From positions 96,001-160,000 of the forward strand of contig CAVWLP010000002.1 in assembly GCA_963755915.1 (NCBI GenBank): 64,000 nucleotides of DNA. The letters are read 5' to 3'. Positions 21,048-32,220 of the stretch are shown here, piece after piece. Position 1 is the first letter of the stretch. Each line of letters starts with the position of its first letter. Under the pieces are notes generated by a model that had not been told where the DNA came from, ran no database searches, and worked only from the letters and a program-made list of their open reading frames with translations. This stretch comes from an uncultured Phycisphaerales bacterium. Its GTDB lineage: Bacteria > Planctomycetota > Phycisphaerae > Tepidisphaerales > Tepidisphaeraceae. The position numbers and the translations under genes were made by a program.

Positions 21048-22119
21048 CTAATCCCCCCGCGGATAACTCCCCAGCACCGTAAGCTGCAGGCAATGCTTTT
21101 TCGCCTGCTCAATCGCCGTCTTCATCCCCGCGTCATCGCAATGTCCCTGCGCGTCGATGAAGAAATAGTATTCCCAGTTCACCTTGCGGCTCGGGCGCTT
21201 TTCGATGTCGGTGAGGTTGATGCCGTTCTCCTTAAAAACATCCAGCACATCCGCCAGAGCGCCAGGCTTATGCGCCGTGGTAAACATGATGGCCGTCTTA
21301 TCATCGCCCGTGCGTCGTGCCGCTTCGCGGCCGATCACGAAGAAGCGGGTCATGTTGTCGGGATTGTCCTCGATGTTCTCAAAGAGAATGTGCAGCCCGT
21401 AAAGCTCCGCCGCCTGCCTCGATCCGATTGCGGCCACGCCCCCCTGATCGCGCGCGATCTGCGCCGCCGCGGTCGTGCTTTCCGTGGCGATCGTCTGCCG
21501 GCTCTTCGCCGTGGCGCTCAGCCAATTCCGGCACTGGTTAAAAACCTCCGCCTTGGAATAAATTCTCTCAACCTTCTCCCACGGCGAATTGGCCAGGAGA
21601 TTGTGATGCACGGTGAGGAGCACCTCGGCGCAGATTTTCGCCGAGCTGGTCAGAAACGCGTCGAGCGTATCGACGATCCCGCCGCCGATGCTGTTTTCGA
21701 CCGGCACCAGCCCGTAATCCACATGCCCGCGCACGACTTCCTCGAATACGGCGGAGATGGCGCTCAGCGGCACATAATCCACGCTGCTGCCGAACTTCGC
21801 CACCGAAGCCGCATGGCTGAACGACCCCTCCGGACCCAGGAACCCGATCCGCAGCGGCTTCTCCAGCGCGAAGCTCCCGCTCATCACCTCGCGATAAACC
21901 GCCTCCAGACACCGATCCGAAAGCGGCCCGTGATTCAGCGACCGCACCCGATCGAAGACCGCTTTTTCACGATCCGGCGCATAAATCGGCGAGCCCTGCG
22001 ACTGCTTGAGCTTTCCGATCTCCACGACGATCCGCGCGGGCGTTCAGCAACTCGACGATCTCCTCGTCGAGCTTGTCGATTTTCACCCGATATTCCGCAA
22101 GAGGATCGGTGTCCGCCAT
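21048..22119 (-). CDS. pheA: Chorismate mutase / prephenate dehydratase; frameshift near 22040
   Basis: MADTDPLAEYRVKIDKLDEEIVELLNAR (CM domain), then FLGPEGSFSH, PVENS, NMTRF and an ACT domain ending LGSYP. Confidence 0.93.
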
Positions 22120-22227
22120 GCGGTATTTTTAGCCGCAAACGCCGCGGGTTGCCAGCAAAGGGCTGAACGCAACGGTTGTACGCAGAATTCGAGTTAACAT
22201 TCTAACCTTCTGCGCAGCGGGCATTTT

Positions 22228-22350
22228 CCCCTCGCCCTGTACCCAGGGAGAGGGCAAGCGGCGCAAGCCCGCGCGGGTGAGGGCCGTGCGTACGTCAGAT
22301 TCTTACAAGGCCCTCACCCCAACCCTCTCCCAGGGTACTGGGCGAGGGGG
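22228..22350. repeat. Inverted pair of REP-like family A copies (4 and 5)
   Basis: 22228-22283 CCCCTCGCCCTGTACCCAGGGAGAGGG...GGGTGAGGG (with a short insert) faces 22311-22350 CCCTCACCCCAACCCTCTCCCAGGGTACTGGGCGAGGGGG. Confidence 0.8.
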
Positions 22351-22384
22351 TAAGAGTGGCGCCTTCGCAGAAAGAAGGGGCCGA

Positions 22385-23737
22385 CTATTTCCCCATCCCC
22401 ACGACCCCATTTGCATATCCAACCAACCCTCCGTGATCCGGTTGACCATTCTTAACTTCGTACAGGATCGGCGCCACAGGGTTCGAGATATCCGATAGAC
22501 GACTCGCCCCAGTCGGTTTCACATAGACGAACCCGTTATCCTGCCCGCTGCGCGGATCGTGAAAAACCTCCGCCCCCGGCACCAGCTTGTCCGTCACCAG
22601 ATCATCCAGCGAATTCGGCAGCGCCTGATGCTCGCGATCGTATTCCCCAATCGCACTGAGAATCAGCCGCATTTGCACCGTCGCCGAATCCGTCGCCGGG
22701 TCGGTCGCCGTCCAGTCGGCGGCAACCGGCGTTTGCGTCACCGGCTCCACACCGCCGTTTTGCTGATTGCGCGACGCCGCGGCGGCGATCACGACCGTCG
22801 TAAACATCGTCGCCAGTTGTTTCTGGTCCAGCGAGAGGCGATCAACATTTCCTTCCCGCACCGGATTGATTAGCGCCAGGACCGGCGAAAATACGGTCGG
22901 AATCCCCATCGACGCGCCGTCGCGTTTTATTTCGTCCCGGCTGCTCTGAAACTGCTTGATGACGGCATCCGCGCCGCTTTCGTCCTGCGCAGCCCAGCGG
23001 ATTTCCAGCGCCGGATGTGCCCCAAGCCGTCCGCCGACGAACAGGTACCGCGATTTTTCGAAAAGCTCGATCATCTTCCGAATCGGCGCTGGTGCGCCGC
23101 CAGACGAGGTCGCCCGGTTGTAAGCATCCGATGGGAAATAGACGATTTTCAGCCCCGCGTCTTCGCTCCAGCAGTTCAGGGCGGCGCGGATCATGTCCGC
23201 CTGCGGATTGATCGGCGCATTTTGCACCGCGGGGAAAACGAGCATCAGCCACTGCCCCTTGCTCACCACCCGGCCGCGTATTCCGGTATTGCGCAACCAA
23301 TTTTCCCCGGCGATCTGGTCGGCATTGGGCGGGAAATGCAAGGCGATTTCAGGGTTGTTATTCTTGACCAAAACTCCCATCGCCAGCCGATCGGCCCCGG
23401 TACGAAAAATCGGCCCCAGCGCCTGCTCCAGCCCCATCGGAAGCTGCGCATTCGTAGCCAGCGGGCGCGTGGTCGGCGCCCCGCCCATGATCACCGTCGC
23501 TGCGTTGCTCCAGGCAGTTTTGTCGGCAATTGCGAAATCGAGCACCGCCACCGCGTAGATGTCGCCGTGCAATACATCGTCCGGCAATTCATCCTCCGAC
23601 ATCGGCGCCGCCCCGCGCAAAGTCGGTGGCGCCGGCTGGGTCGCAGGCAACGTTTGTGCCGCACAGCGTCCCTCGAAACCTGCGGGCAACGCCCCGCAAA
23701 CGAAAATCGCCAGGATTACCGCAATCGTGCGTTTCAT
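22385..23737 (-). CDS. Secreted hypothetical protein with a C-terminal pseudopilin-like segment
   Basis: Signal peptide and PATQP linker. C-terminal QMRLILSAIGEY...LPNSLDDLV...HGGLVGYANGVV resembles DUF1559/H-X9-DG-type domains. Confidence 0.6.
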   Translation of the reverse strand: MKRTIAVILAIFVCGALPAGFEGRCAAQTLPATQPAPPTLRGAAPMSEDELPDDVLHGDIYAVAVLDFAIADKTAWSNAATVIMGGAPTTRPLATNAQLPMGLEQALGPIFRTGADRLAMGVLVKNNNPEIALHFPPNADQIAGENWLRNTGIRGRVVSKGQWLMLVFPAVQNAPINPQADMIRAALNCWSEDAGLKIVYFPSDAYNRATSSGGAPAPIRKMIELFEKSRYLFVGGRLGAHPALEIRWAAQDESGADAVIKQFQSSRDEIKRDGASMGIPTVFSPVLALINPVREGNVDRLSLDQKQLATMFTTVVIAAAASRNQQNGGVEPVTQTPVAADWTATDPATDSATVQMRLILSAIGEYDREHQALPNSLDDLVTDKLVPGAEVFHDPRSGQDNGFVYVKPTGASRLSDISNPVAPILYEVKNGQPDHGGLVGYANGVVGMGK

Positions 23738-23744
23738 CTTTCCC

Positions 23745-24680
23745 TCAATTCACCGCATTATCCGAAAGCCACTGCACGCAATGAATGTAAAACCTTCCGT
23801 GGTTCGCCTCGTTCAGCTCCGCCGGCATCGCCTGCCCCACGGAATACCCAATGCCGACAATTCTTCCCCGCCCAAGCTGGCTCACGTACAGCGGGTAGAG
23901 ATATTCGCCCGTTGAAACCGTGTGGTCAGAATTCACGATCCGCACCCGCTTCATGTCCTTCACGCGAATCAGGGGAATTCCCTGCAAAGTGCCGGCGGTG
24001 CCGTTGGGCACCAGCGAAATGACGCTGCCAATACGCCCGGAAAGATCGCCCAGCAAGGGATTTGTCCCGACGATCTCGCAATCCACCGGCTTGGAGTTCC
24101 ACGCGAAAACCCCGTTGCTGAACCCGCACAGCGCCCGTATCTGGGCGTTATATCCCGGCGTCTCATAACCAAACTGCCGCTCCAGGAATCCCATTCCTTC
24201 GCGCACCCGCTGCGTGACGGCCGCGACCACCTCATCCTGGCAATTGGCGACCGACGTGGCCACCAGCACGTCAAGATTTTTCAGGTCGTCCTCGCGCGTC
24301 GCATCCAGTGGCTTTTCGCCCGGGAAGTATTGCGACAAAATCCGCGCCAGTTGCGGATTATGCTTCGTGCCCGGCTCGATAACGGGAATCAGATGGATTT
24401 GCGGATCGCGCAATTCACCGATCGGCCGGGTCTGCCCGTCATATCCATGTAGCAGCACGTCCCGATGCGGACCGGTGGCCGTGAACTGGCTTAGCAGAAT
24501 CCCCACCTGAATCTGCGAAGCCGGCGCGGCAACGGACGACGATGCCGCAGCCGATTCGGACGGTGCCTGCTCCGAGTCCGCAGAAAACAGATAAAACTTC
24601 GCCACCAGGATCGCTGCCACAACCGTAATCAGGAACAGCCCCACCGCGGCAAGCATCCCCAGTTTTTTTGCTTCCAGCAT
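23745..24680 (-). CDS. Hypothetical membrane-anchored protein
   Basis: Single N-terminal TM helix and a globular domain with no motif I recognise. Confidence 0.6.
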   Translation of the reverse strand: MLEAKKLGMLAAVGLFLITVVAAILVAKFYLFSADSEQAPSESAAASSSVAAPASQIQVGILLSQFTATGPHRDVLLHGYDGQTRPIGELRDPQIHLIPVIEPGTKHNPQLARILSQYFPGEKPLDATREDDLKNLDVLVATSVANCQDEVVAAVTQRVREGMGFLERQFGYETPGYNAQIRALCGFSNGVFAWNSKPVDCEIVGTNPLLGDLSGRIGSVISLVPNGTAGTLQGIPLIRVKDMKRVRIVNSDHTVSTGEYLYPLYVSQLGRGRIVGIGYSVGQAMPAELNEANHGRFYIHCVQWLSDNAVN

Positions 24681-24811
24681 AGATATGCCCTTTCCGCCTC
24701 CCCTCATGTTAACCGCAATCCACATAAAGAGTAACAGCTAGCAAGTGTTTGGTAGCATCGAAGGAGAGGCCTACAGAAATCGCTGCCCGCTGGTCGATAA
24801 TCCCTTAAGAG

Positions 24812-25582
24812 GTGCGCGAATTGTTTCAGCATTTGATCATGCTCCTGCCCCATCAGCCGGGAACGATCACCCTGATCGCCGCGATGATGGGATCGATGAT
24901 GGGCCTCTCGCTCTGGATAGCCGGGGCGCGGTTTAGCCGCTCGATCCTCACCCTCGCGGCCGTCGCCATGGGCACGTCGATCGGCATGAAGCTGCCGATG
25001 TGGGCCCACTGGCAAGTCGACCCCATGGCGCCCGCCGTCGGCGGAGCCATCGGCTTGGGCGTCAGCGCCTACATCTTCCATAAACTTTGGGTCGGCGCCT
25101 GGCTTGGCGTCGTGCTGGGAATCTGGACGGCACTGGTTCTCTGGGCGACCCGCGGCGCCGCCTTTCACTGGCGCTGGCCGCAGTACGATCCGGCTCAATC
25201 CCTTCCGCAATATCTCTACACCCTCTGGCAAAACGTTCCTGACGCGATGCAGCAATGTCTGGGCATTTCCGCCGCAGCGGCAATGCTCGTGGGCATCAGC
25301 GCCGCCCTCCTCTGGCCGCGCGTGGGGATCGCGCTGCTCTGGAGCGCCGCGGGAATGTCGGTGCTTCTCCCCGCCGCCGTCACGGCGCTGGGCCGCATCG
25401 ACCCGCAGATTCTCCTGCAGGTTCCCCGCCGCACGTCCGATCAACTCGCGCTGTTCGCCGGACTGATTGGATTGGGGGCGATCTTCCAATGGCGCACCAA
25501 TCCATTGACGGAGACGCAGGCAGGTTCTTCGCCGGCCCCCGGCGGAAAAAAAGGGGACAAGCATCAGGATGGGGCGGATTAA
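24812..25582 (+). CDS. Polytopic membrane protein (DUF4203-like)
   Basis: About 7 hydrophobic helices; GLSLWIAGARFSR parallels the next gene. Confidence 0.65.
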   Translation: MRELFQHLIMLLPHQPGTITLIAAMMGSMMGLSLWIAGARFSRSILTLAAVAMGTSIGMKLPMWAHWQVDPMAPAVGGAIGLGVSAYIFHKLWVGAWLGVVLGIWTALVLWATRGAAFHWRWPQYDPAQSLPQYLYTLWQNVPDAMQQCLGISAAAAMLVGISAALLWPRVGIALLWSAAGMSVLLPAAVTALGRIDPQILLQVPRRTSDQLALFAGLIGLGAIFQWRTNPLTETQAGSSPAPGGKKGDKHQDGAD

Positions 25583-25618
25583 CCGGCAAATAATTCGCGC
25601 TTCAAAGGGCACCAAGCT

Positions 25619-26353
25619 ATGTCATTGCAAATTCTGGCCGCATTCGGGACTGTTTCCCAGTCCCTGCACGATTCCGAAAACTTCTTTGACGGCGTTCCCC
25701 GGGGCTGGCCCCATCAGCACGACCTGCTGACCTGGTGCCAGCAGATGACCCCCGCGGTGGCCGCAATGCTCATCATCGTCGGCCTGATCTATCTCCTCTT
25801 CGGCTTCCAGATTTTCCGCGCCCTGGTACTGGTGAACGCCGCCGTCGTGGGCGCATATGTCGGCGCCTACTGGGGCAAAGAGGGAGATGCCGAGACGATC
25901 GGCGCCGTGATCTGTGCGGTCGTTGCCGCCGCCATCGCCTGGCCCACAATGAAATACGCCGTCGCGCTCATGGGCGGACTCTTCGGCGCCCTGCTGGGAG
26001 CAAGCGTCTGGCACGCCCTGGGACTCGACCCCAACGTCGATTGGGCCGGAGCGCTCGTGGGTTTGATCGGTTTCGGCATGCTCTCGTTCGTCCTCTTCCG
26101 CGGAAGCGTGATGATGTACACCAGCCTCCAGGGGGCGTTCATGCTGGTCTTTGGAATTCTCGGACTGACCTATCAATACCAGGACGCCGCCAAGCAGGTG
26201 AGCGAGCATATGAAGCTCCAGCCCTTCCTGCTTCCCGCGGCGATCTTCATCCCCGCCCTGATGGGCTTGATCTTCCAGCAGCACAACACGTCCCCCGCCG
26301 GCGGGGGAAGTGGCGGCGGTGGTGGTGGCGGTGGCGGTGGGCATAAAAAGTAG
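25619..26353 (+). CDS. Polytopic membrane protein (DUF4203-like) with poly-Gly tail
   Basis: GLIYLLFGFQIFR, TSLQGA, GLIFQ; about 7 TM helices. Confidence 0.7.
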   Translation: MSLQILAAFGTVSQSLHDSENFFDGVPRGWPHQHDLLTWCQQMTPAVAAMLIIVGLIYLLFGFQIFRALVLVNAAVVGAYVGAYWGKEGDAETIGAVICAVVAAAIAWPTMKYAVALMGGLFGALLGASVWHALGLDPNVDWAGALVGLIGFGMLSFVLFRGSVMMYTSLQGAFMLVFGILGLTYQYQDAAKQVSEHMKLQPFLLPAAIFIPALMGLIFQQHNTSPAGGGSGGGGGGGGGGHKK

Positions 26354-26470
26354 CCTGCCAAAACTGCGCCCAAATCTCCTCGCCCGCCAACATTGGCAGC
26401 AATTCGAATCGCCCGCCAGTTTCCTCGCGCACCTAAAGCCCTGAAAATCCGCAGCTTGCAATCGCCATAT

Positions 26471-26487
26471 TTGGCCCATGGTTTGCT
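26471..26487 (+). promoter_or_regulatory. Sigma-54 (-24/-12) promoter upstream of clpB
   Basis: TTGGCCCATGGTTTGCT has GG-N10-GC spacing with TGGC...TTGCW, 30 bp before the clpB ATG. Confidence 0.7.
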
Positions 26488-26517
26488 TTTCATCCACCAA
26501 CCCCATCGGGTGGAACT

Positions 26518-29145
<2,628 letters not shown>

Positions 29146-29167
29146 CTCTGCCGCCTTTTATCCCCTC

Positions 29168-30322
29168 TTATTCCCTTTTATCCCCTCGCCCAGTACTCTG
29201 GGAGAGGGTTAGGGTGAGGGCGAATGCCGCTTTTTCCAACAGCTCGGCCGTTCTCGTCATACACTCTGCAAGAGTAATCTTCCCATCCATCAGCGGCACC
29301 ACTGAATCAATCCCCGCCGCGCGATAATCCACCCCGCGCTCCACCGACCCCGCCACAACAAAACATTTCACCCCCGCTTCCCGGCACGCCGCCGCAACCC
29401 CCCCCGCCACTTTCCCACTGAGGCTCTGCGCATCCAACTTCCCCTCTCCTGTAATACAAAAATCCGCCCCCGCGATCCGCTTCCGAAAATCCGTCGTGTC
29501 CATCACAATTTCAATCCCGCGATTAAGTTTTGCCCCAAAAAACGCCGCCATCGCAAACCCCAATCCCCCTGCCGCCCCCGCCCCCTTCAAATTCGCCTCC
29601 GCGGTCTTTCCACACCGCCGCGCCAGCTCCATCAGATCGGCATCGAGCCGCCGAATTTCTTCCGCGTTCGCCCCCTTCTGCGGCCCATAAACCACCGCCG
29701 CCCCGTTCGGCCCATAGAGCGGATTCTCCACATCGCAAGCGACTTCAATCTCGACTCTTTCAATCGCACTCCCCCTCCCATGCTTGATGAGCACGACCCG
29801 CGGCAGATCGCCCCCCACCAGCGGCTCCGTCGCCGAAAGCGGCTCCCCGCCTTCCAGAATCACCGGCAACCCGCACGCCTGCGCACACCCAATCCCCCCA
29901 TCGATCGTCGCACTGCCGCCGATCCCCAGGATAATCTTCGAAACCCCCATACCCACCGCCGCCATCATCAGCTCCCCCGTTCCGAAGGTCGTCGTGAACA
30001 TCGGATTCCGCTCATCGTGCCGCAACAGCGCCAACCCGCTCGCCGCCGCCATCTCAATGATCGCCGTCTTCCCATCCCCCAGAATTCCGAACCGCGCATC
30101 GACTTTCATCTCCGGCAGCGGCCCGGTAACCCGCCGCGTGAAAAATTTCCCTCCCGTCGCCGTCACCAGCGCATCAACTGTCCCCTCCCCCCCATCCGCC
30201 ATCGGACAGCGATCCACGATCGCGTCCGGCCACGCCCGCTTCACTCCAGCAGCCATCGCCTCCGCCGCTTCGGATGCAGTAAGACAACCCTTGAACTTGT
30301 CCGGCGCAATCACGATGTGCAT
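29168..30322 (-). CDS. glxK: Glycerate kinase
   Basis: [63 protein letters not shown]. Confidence 0.93.
   Translation of the reverse strand: MHIVIAPDKFKGCLTASEAAEAMAAGVKRAWPDAIVDRCPMADGGEGTVDALVTATGGKFFTRRVTGPLPEMKVDARFGILGDGKTAIIEMAAASGLALLRHDERNPMFTTTFGTGELMMAAVGMGVSKIILGIGGSATIDGGIGCAQACGLPVILEGGEPLSATEPLVGGDLPRVVLIKHGRGSAIERVEIEVACDVENPLYGPNGAAVVYGPQKGANAEEIRRLDADLMELARRCGKTAEANLKGAGAAGGLGFAMAAFFGAKLNRGIEIVMDTTDFRKRIAGADFCITGEGKLDAQSLSGKVAGGVAAACREAGVKCFVVAGSVERGVDYRAAGIDSVVPLMDGKITLAECMTRTAELLEKAAFALTLTLSQSTGRGDKRE
29182..29220 (+). repeat. REP-like family A, copy 6, inside the 3' end of the glycerate kinase gene
   Basis: CCCCTCGCCCAGTACTCTGGGAGAGGGTTAGGGTGAGGG; encodes [12 protein letters not shown] on the minus strand. 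Confidence 0.82.
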
Positions 30323-30406
30323 GGCTAAGAAGTTATGATCTACAATTCGCAACTGGGGACCAGCGGCTTGTGCATTACACTCGCAACTCGCAACCCGCAA
30401 CTCCGC

Positions 30407-31726
30407 TCACTGGCGCTCATCCCCAAAATCCAGCGCCCCCACCGCAACCTGATCATCGCGAATCACCGCAATCCTTACCTGCCCCGAATCCGGCAGCCGA
30501 TTCAGCAGCGCCGCCAGATCATCCATCGTCGAAACGTGATACCGCCCCATCTGAACCAGAATATCCCCCGCCCGCAGCCCCGCCCGCCCCGCGATGCTGT
30601 CCGCCTCCACGCCATCGATGAAAATCCCCTCCGTCTGATCCAGATGATATCTCTGCGCCAGCATCGGCGTGAGCTGCTCAACGGTAATCCCCAGCTTCGC
30701 CTTCGCCTCCATCACCGCATCCGGCAACGGCACCGGCTTGGGCGTCAGCGTCTCCGATTTCCCATCCGTAAAATCAATCACCACCCCGCGCCCGGCCCGC
30801 GCCAGCAGAAGCAAATCATAAGCATCGATAATATTCCCCGGCTTCACCCCGCCGATGTCCAGCACCGTCTCCGAATTGTCATCCGTCACCACCGCCACCT
30901 TCACATTCGCCGGCGGCGTAATCTCCCGCTCCTCCTTCAACTTAATCGGCATCGACAGCTTGCTGATCTGCGCCGGATTCATCAGCTCCGGAATCAGATC
31001 GCGCAGCCGGTTGATCGGAATCGCGAACCCAATGTTCTGCGCATCCGAGCGGATCGCCGTATTGATCCCAATCACTTGCCCATACGCATTCAGCAGCGGC
31101 CCTCCGCTGTTCCCCGGATTAATCGCCGCATCCGTCTGAATCAAATTCGCCAAACTCGCCTTGTTTTCCACGTCCTTCAGATCGCGGTGCAGCGCCGACA
31201 CAATCCCCGTACTCACACTATGGCTGTACCCAAACGGATTCCCGATCGCGATCGCCGGCTCCCCAATCATCAGGTCCGAACTATCCCCCAGCGAAATCGT
31301 CGGAAACGGCTGCTTGTCCGTTATCTTCAGCAGTGCCAGATCATTCTCGGCATCGGCGCTCAGAAGCTGCGCCGGCAATTTCCGCCCATCCTCCAGCTCG
31401 ACGGTAATCTGCGTCGCCCGGTCGATCACATGATTATTGGTAACGACATACCCATCCTTATGGATAATAAACCCGCTCCCCAGCGAATCCGCCGGCACCG
31501 ATTCCAACTGCCCAAACTGCTGAAAAAACGGATCGTTCCCGAACGGGCTCACCCACTGCCGAATCATCTTCGTCGTCGAAATATTAACGACCGCCGCCTT
31601 AGTCTTGGCGACAACCTGCACCGTAACCGTATTGCGCAAATTAATCGCCTCCGGCGGATCCGCCAGAGCGATTAGCGGAGTAATGAGCAGAATAATTTGA
31701 GCAGTATACTTCCACCGCAAGCGCAT
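30407..31726 (-). CDS. HtrA/DegP-family trypsin-like serine protease with PDZ domain
   Basis: GSGFII, TNNHVI, DLALL and IQTDAAINPGNSGGPL triad motifs; C-terminal PDZ (AGRAGLRAGDIL). Confidence 0.93.
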   Translation of the reverse strand: MRLRWKYTAQIILLITPLIALADPPEAINLRNTVTVQVVAKTKAAVVNISTTKMIRQWVSPFGNDPFFQQFGQLESVPADSLGSGFIIHKDGYVVTNNHVIDRATQITVELEDGRKLPAQLLSADAENDLALLKITDKQPFPTISLGDSSDLMIGEPAIAIGNPFGYSHSVSTGIVSALHRDLKDVENKASLANLIQTDAAINPGNSGGPLLNAYGQVIGINTAIRSDAQNIGFAIPINRLRDLIPELMNPAQISKLSMPIKLKEEREITPPANVKVAVVTDDNSETVLDIGGVKPGNIIDAYDLLLLARAGRGVVIDFTDGKSETLTPKPVPLPDAVMEAKAKLGITVEQLTPMLAQRYHLDQTEGIFIDGVEADSIAGRAGLRAGDILVQMGRYHVSTMDDLAALLNRLPDSGQVRIAVIRDDQVAVGALDFGDERQ

Positions 31727-31737
31727 TCCGCGCCTTT

Positions 31738-31777
31738 CCCCCTCGCCCGGTACTCCGGGAGAGGGTCGGGGTGAGGG
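31738..31777 (+). repeat. REP-like family A, copy 7
   Basis: CCCCCTCGCCCGGTACTCCGGGAGAGGGTCGGGGTGAGGG. Confidence 0.82.
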
Positions 31778-31881
31778 TCTGAGAAAAAATTCCGCGAACA
31801 TACAAATTTTCCGAATGTGAAACGCGTCCATCTACATCTAAACCATGTTAATCCCCTCCGATCCATCGTAAAATACCCCCA

Positions 31882-32094
31882 ATGCCCCAGAACCCGAATA
31901 TTCCCCCCGAATGGCTCGCCGAATTCGAGGCCGCAGCCCGTCGCCCCCTCGAGCAGCGCATGAAATACGCCTTCATCCGCACCTACAAGCCCGTCCTCGA
32001 CGACGCCCGCTTCCGCTCCTTCGACACGATGGAGCAGTACCGCCAATGGTGCGAAAAAAACCTCCCCTCATGGCTTGGATATGGCCGCGCCTGA
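31882..32094 (+). CDS. Small conserved-looking hypothetical protein (70 aa)
   Basis: YAFIRTYKPVLDDARFRSFDTMEQYRQWCEKNLPSWLGYGR. High-GC codon usage; TAAAAT lies 7 nt before the ATG. Confidence 0.7.
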   Translation: MPQNPNIPPEWLAEFEAAARRPLEQRMKYAFIRTYKPVLDDARFRSFDTMEQYRQWCEKNLPSWLGYGRA

Positions 32095-32118
32095 ATTCCA
32101 CGAAGTTCCCCACCGCTT

Positions 32119-32158
32119 CCCCCGCCCCCGGTACTCCGGGAGAGGGCAGAGGAGGGGG
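32119..32158 (+). repeat. REP-like family A, copy 8
   Basis: CCCCCGCCCCCGGTACTCCGGGAGAGGGCAGAGGAGGGGG. Confidence 0.72.
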
Positions 32159-32168
32159 TTGCACCATA

Positions 32169-32220
32169 AAAATCAAAGGGGTCGGGAGTCTTTGAAAAGA
32201 CTCCCGACCCCTTTGATTTT
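32169..32220. repeat. Perfect 25-bp inverted repeat overlapping the start of the next gene
   Basis: AAAATCAAAGGGGTCGGGAGTCTTT-GA-AAAGACTCCCGACCCCTTTGATTTT. Confidence 0.9.
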
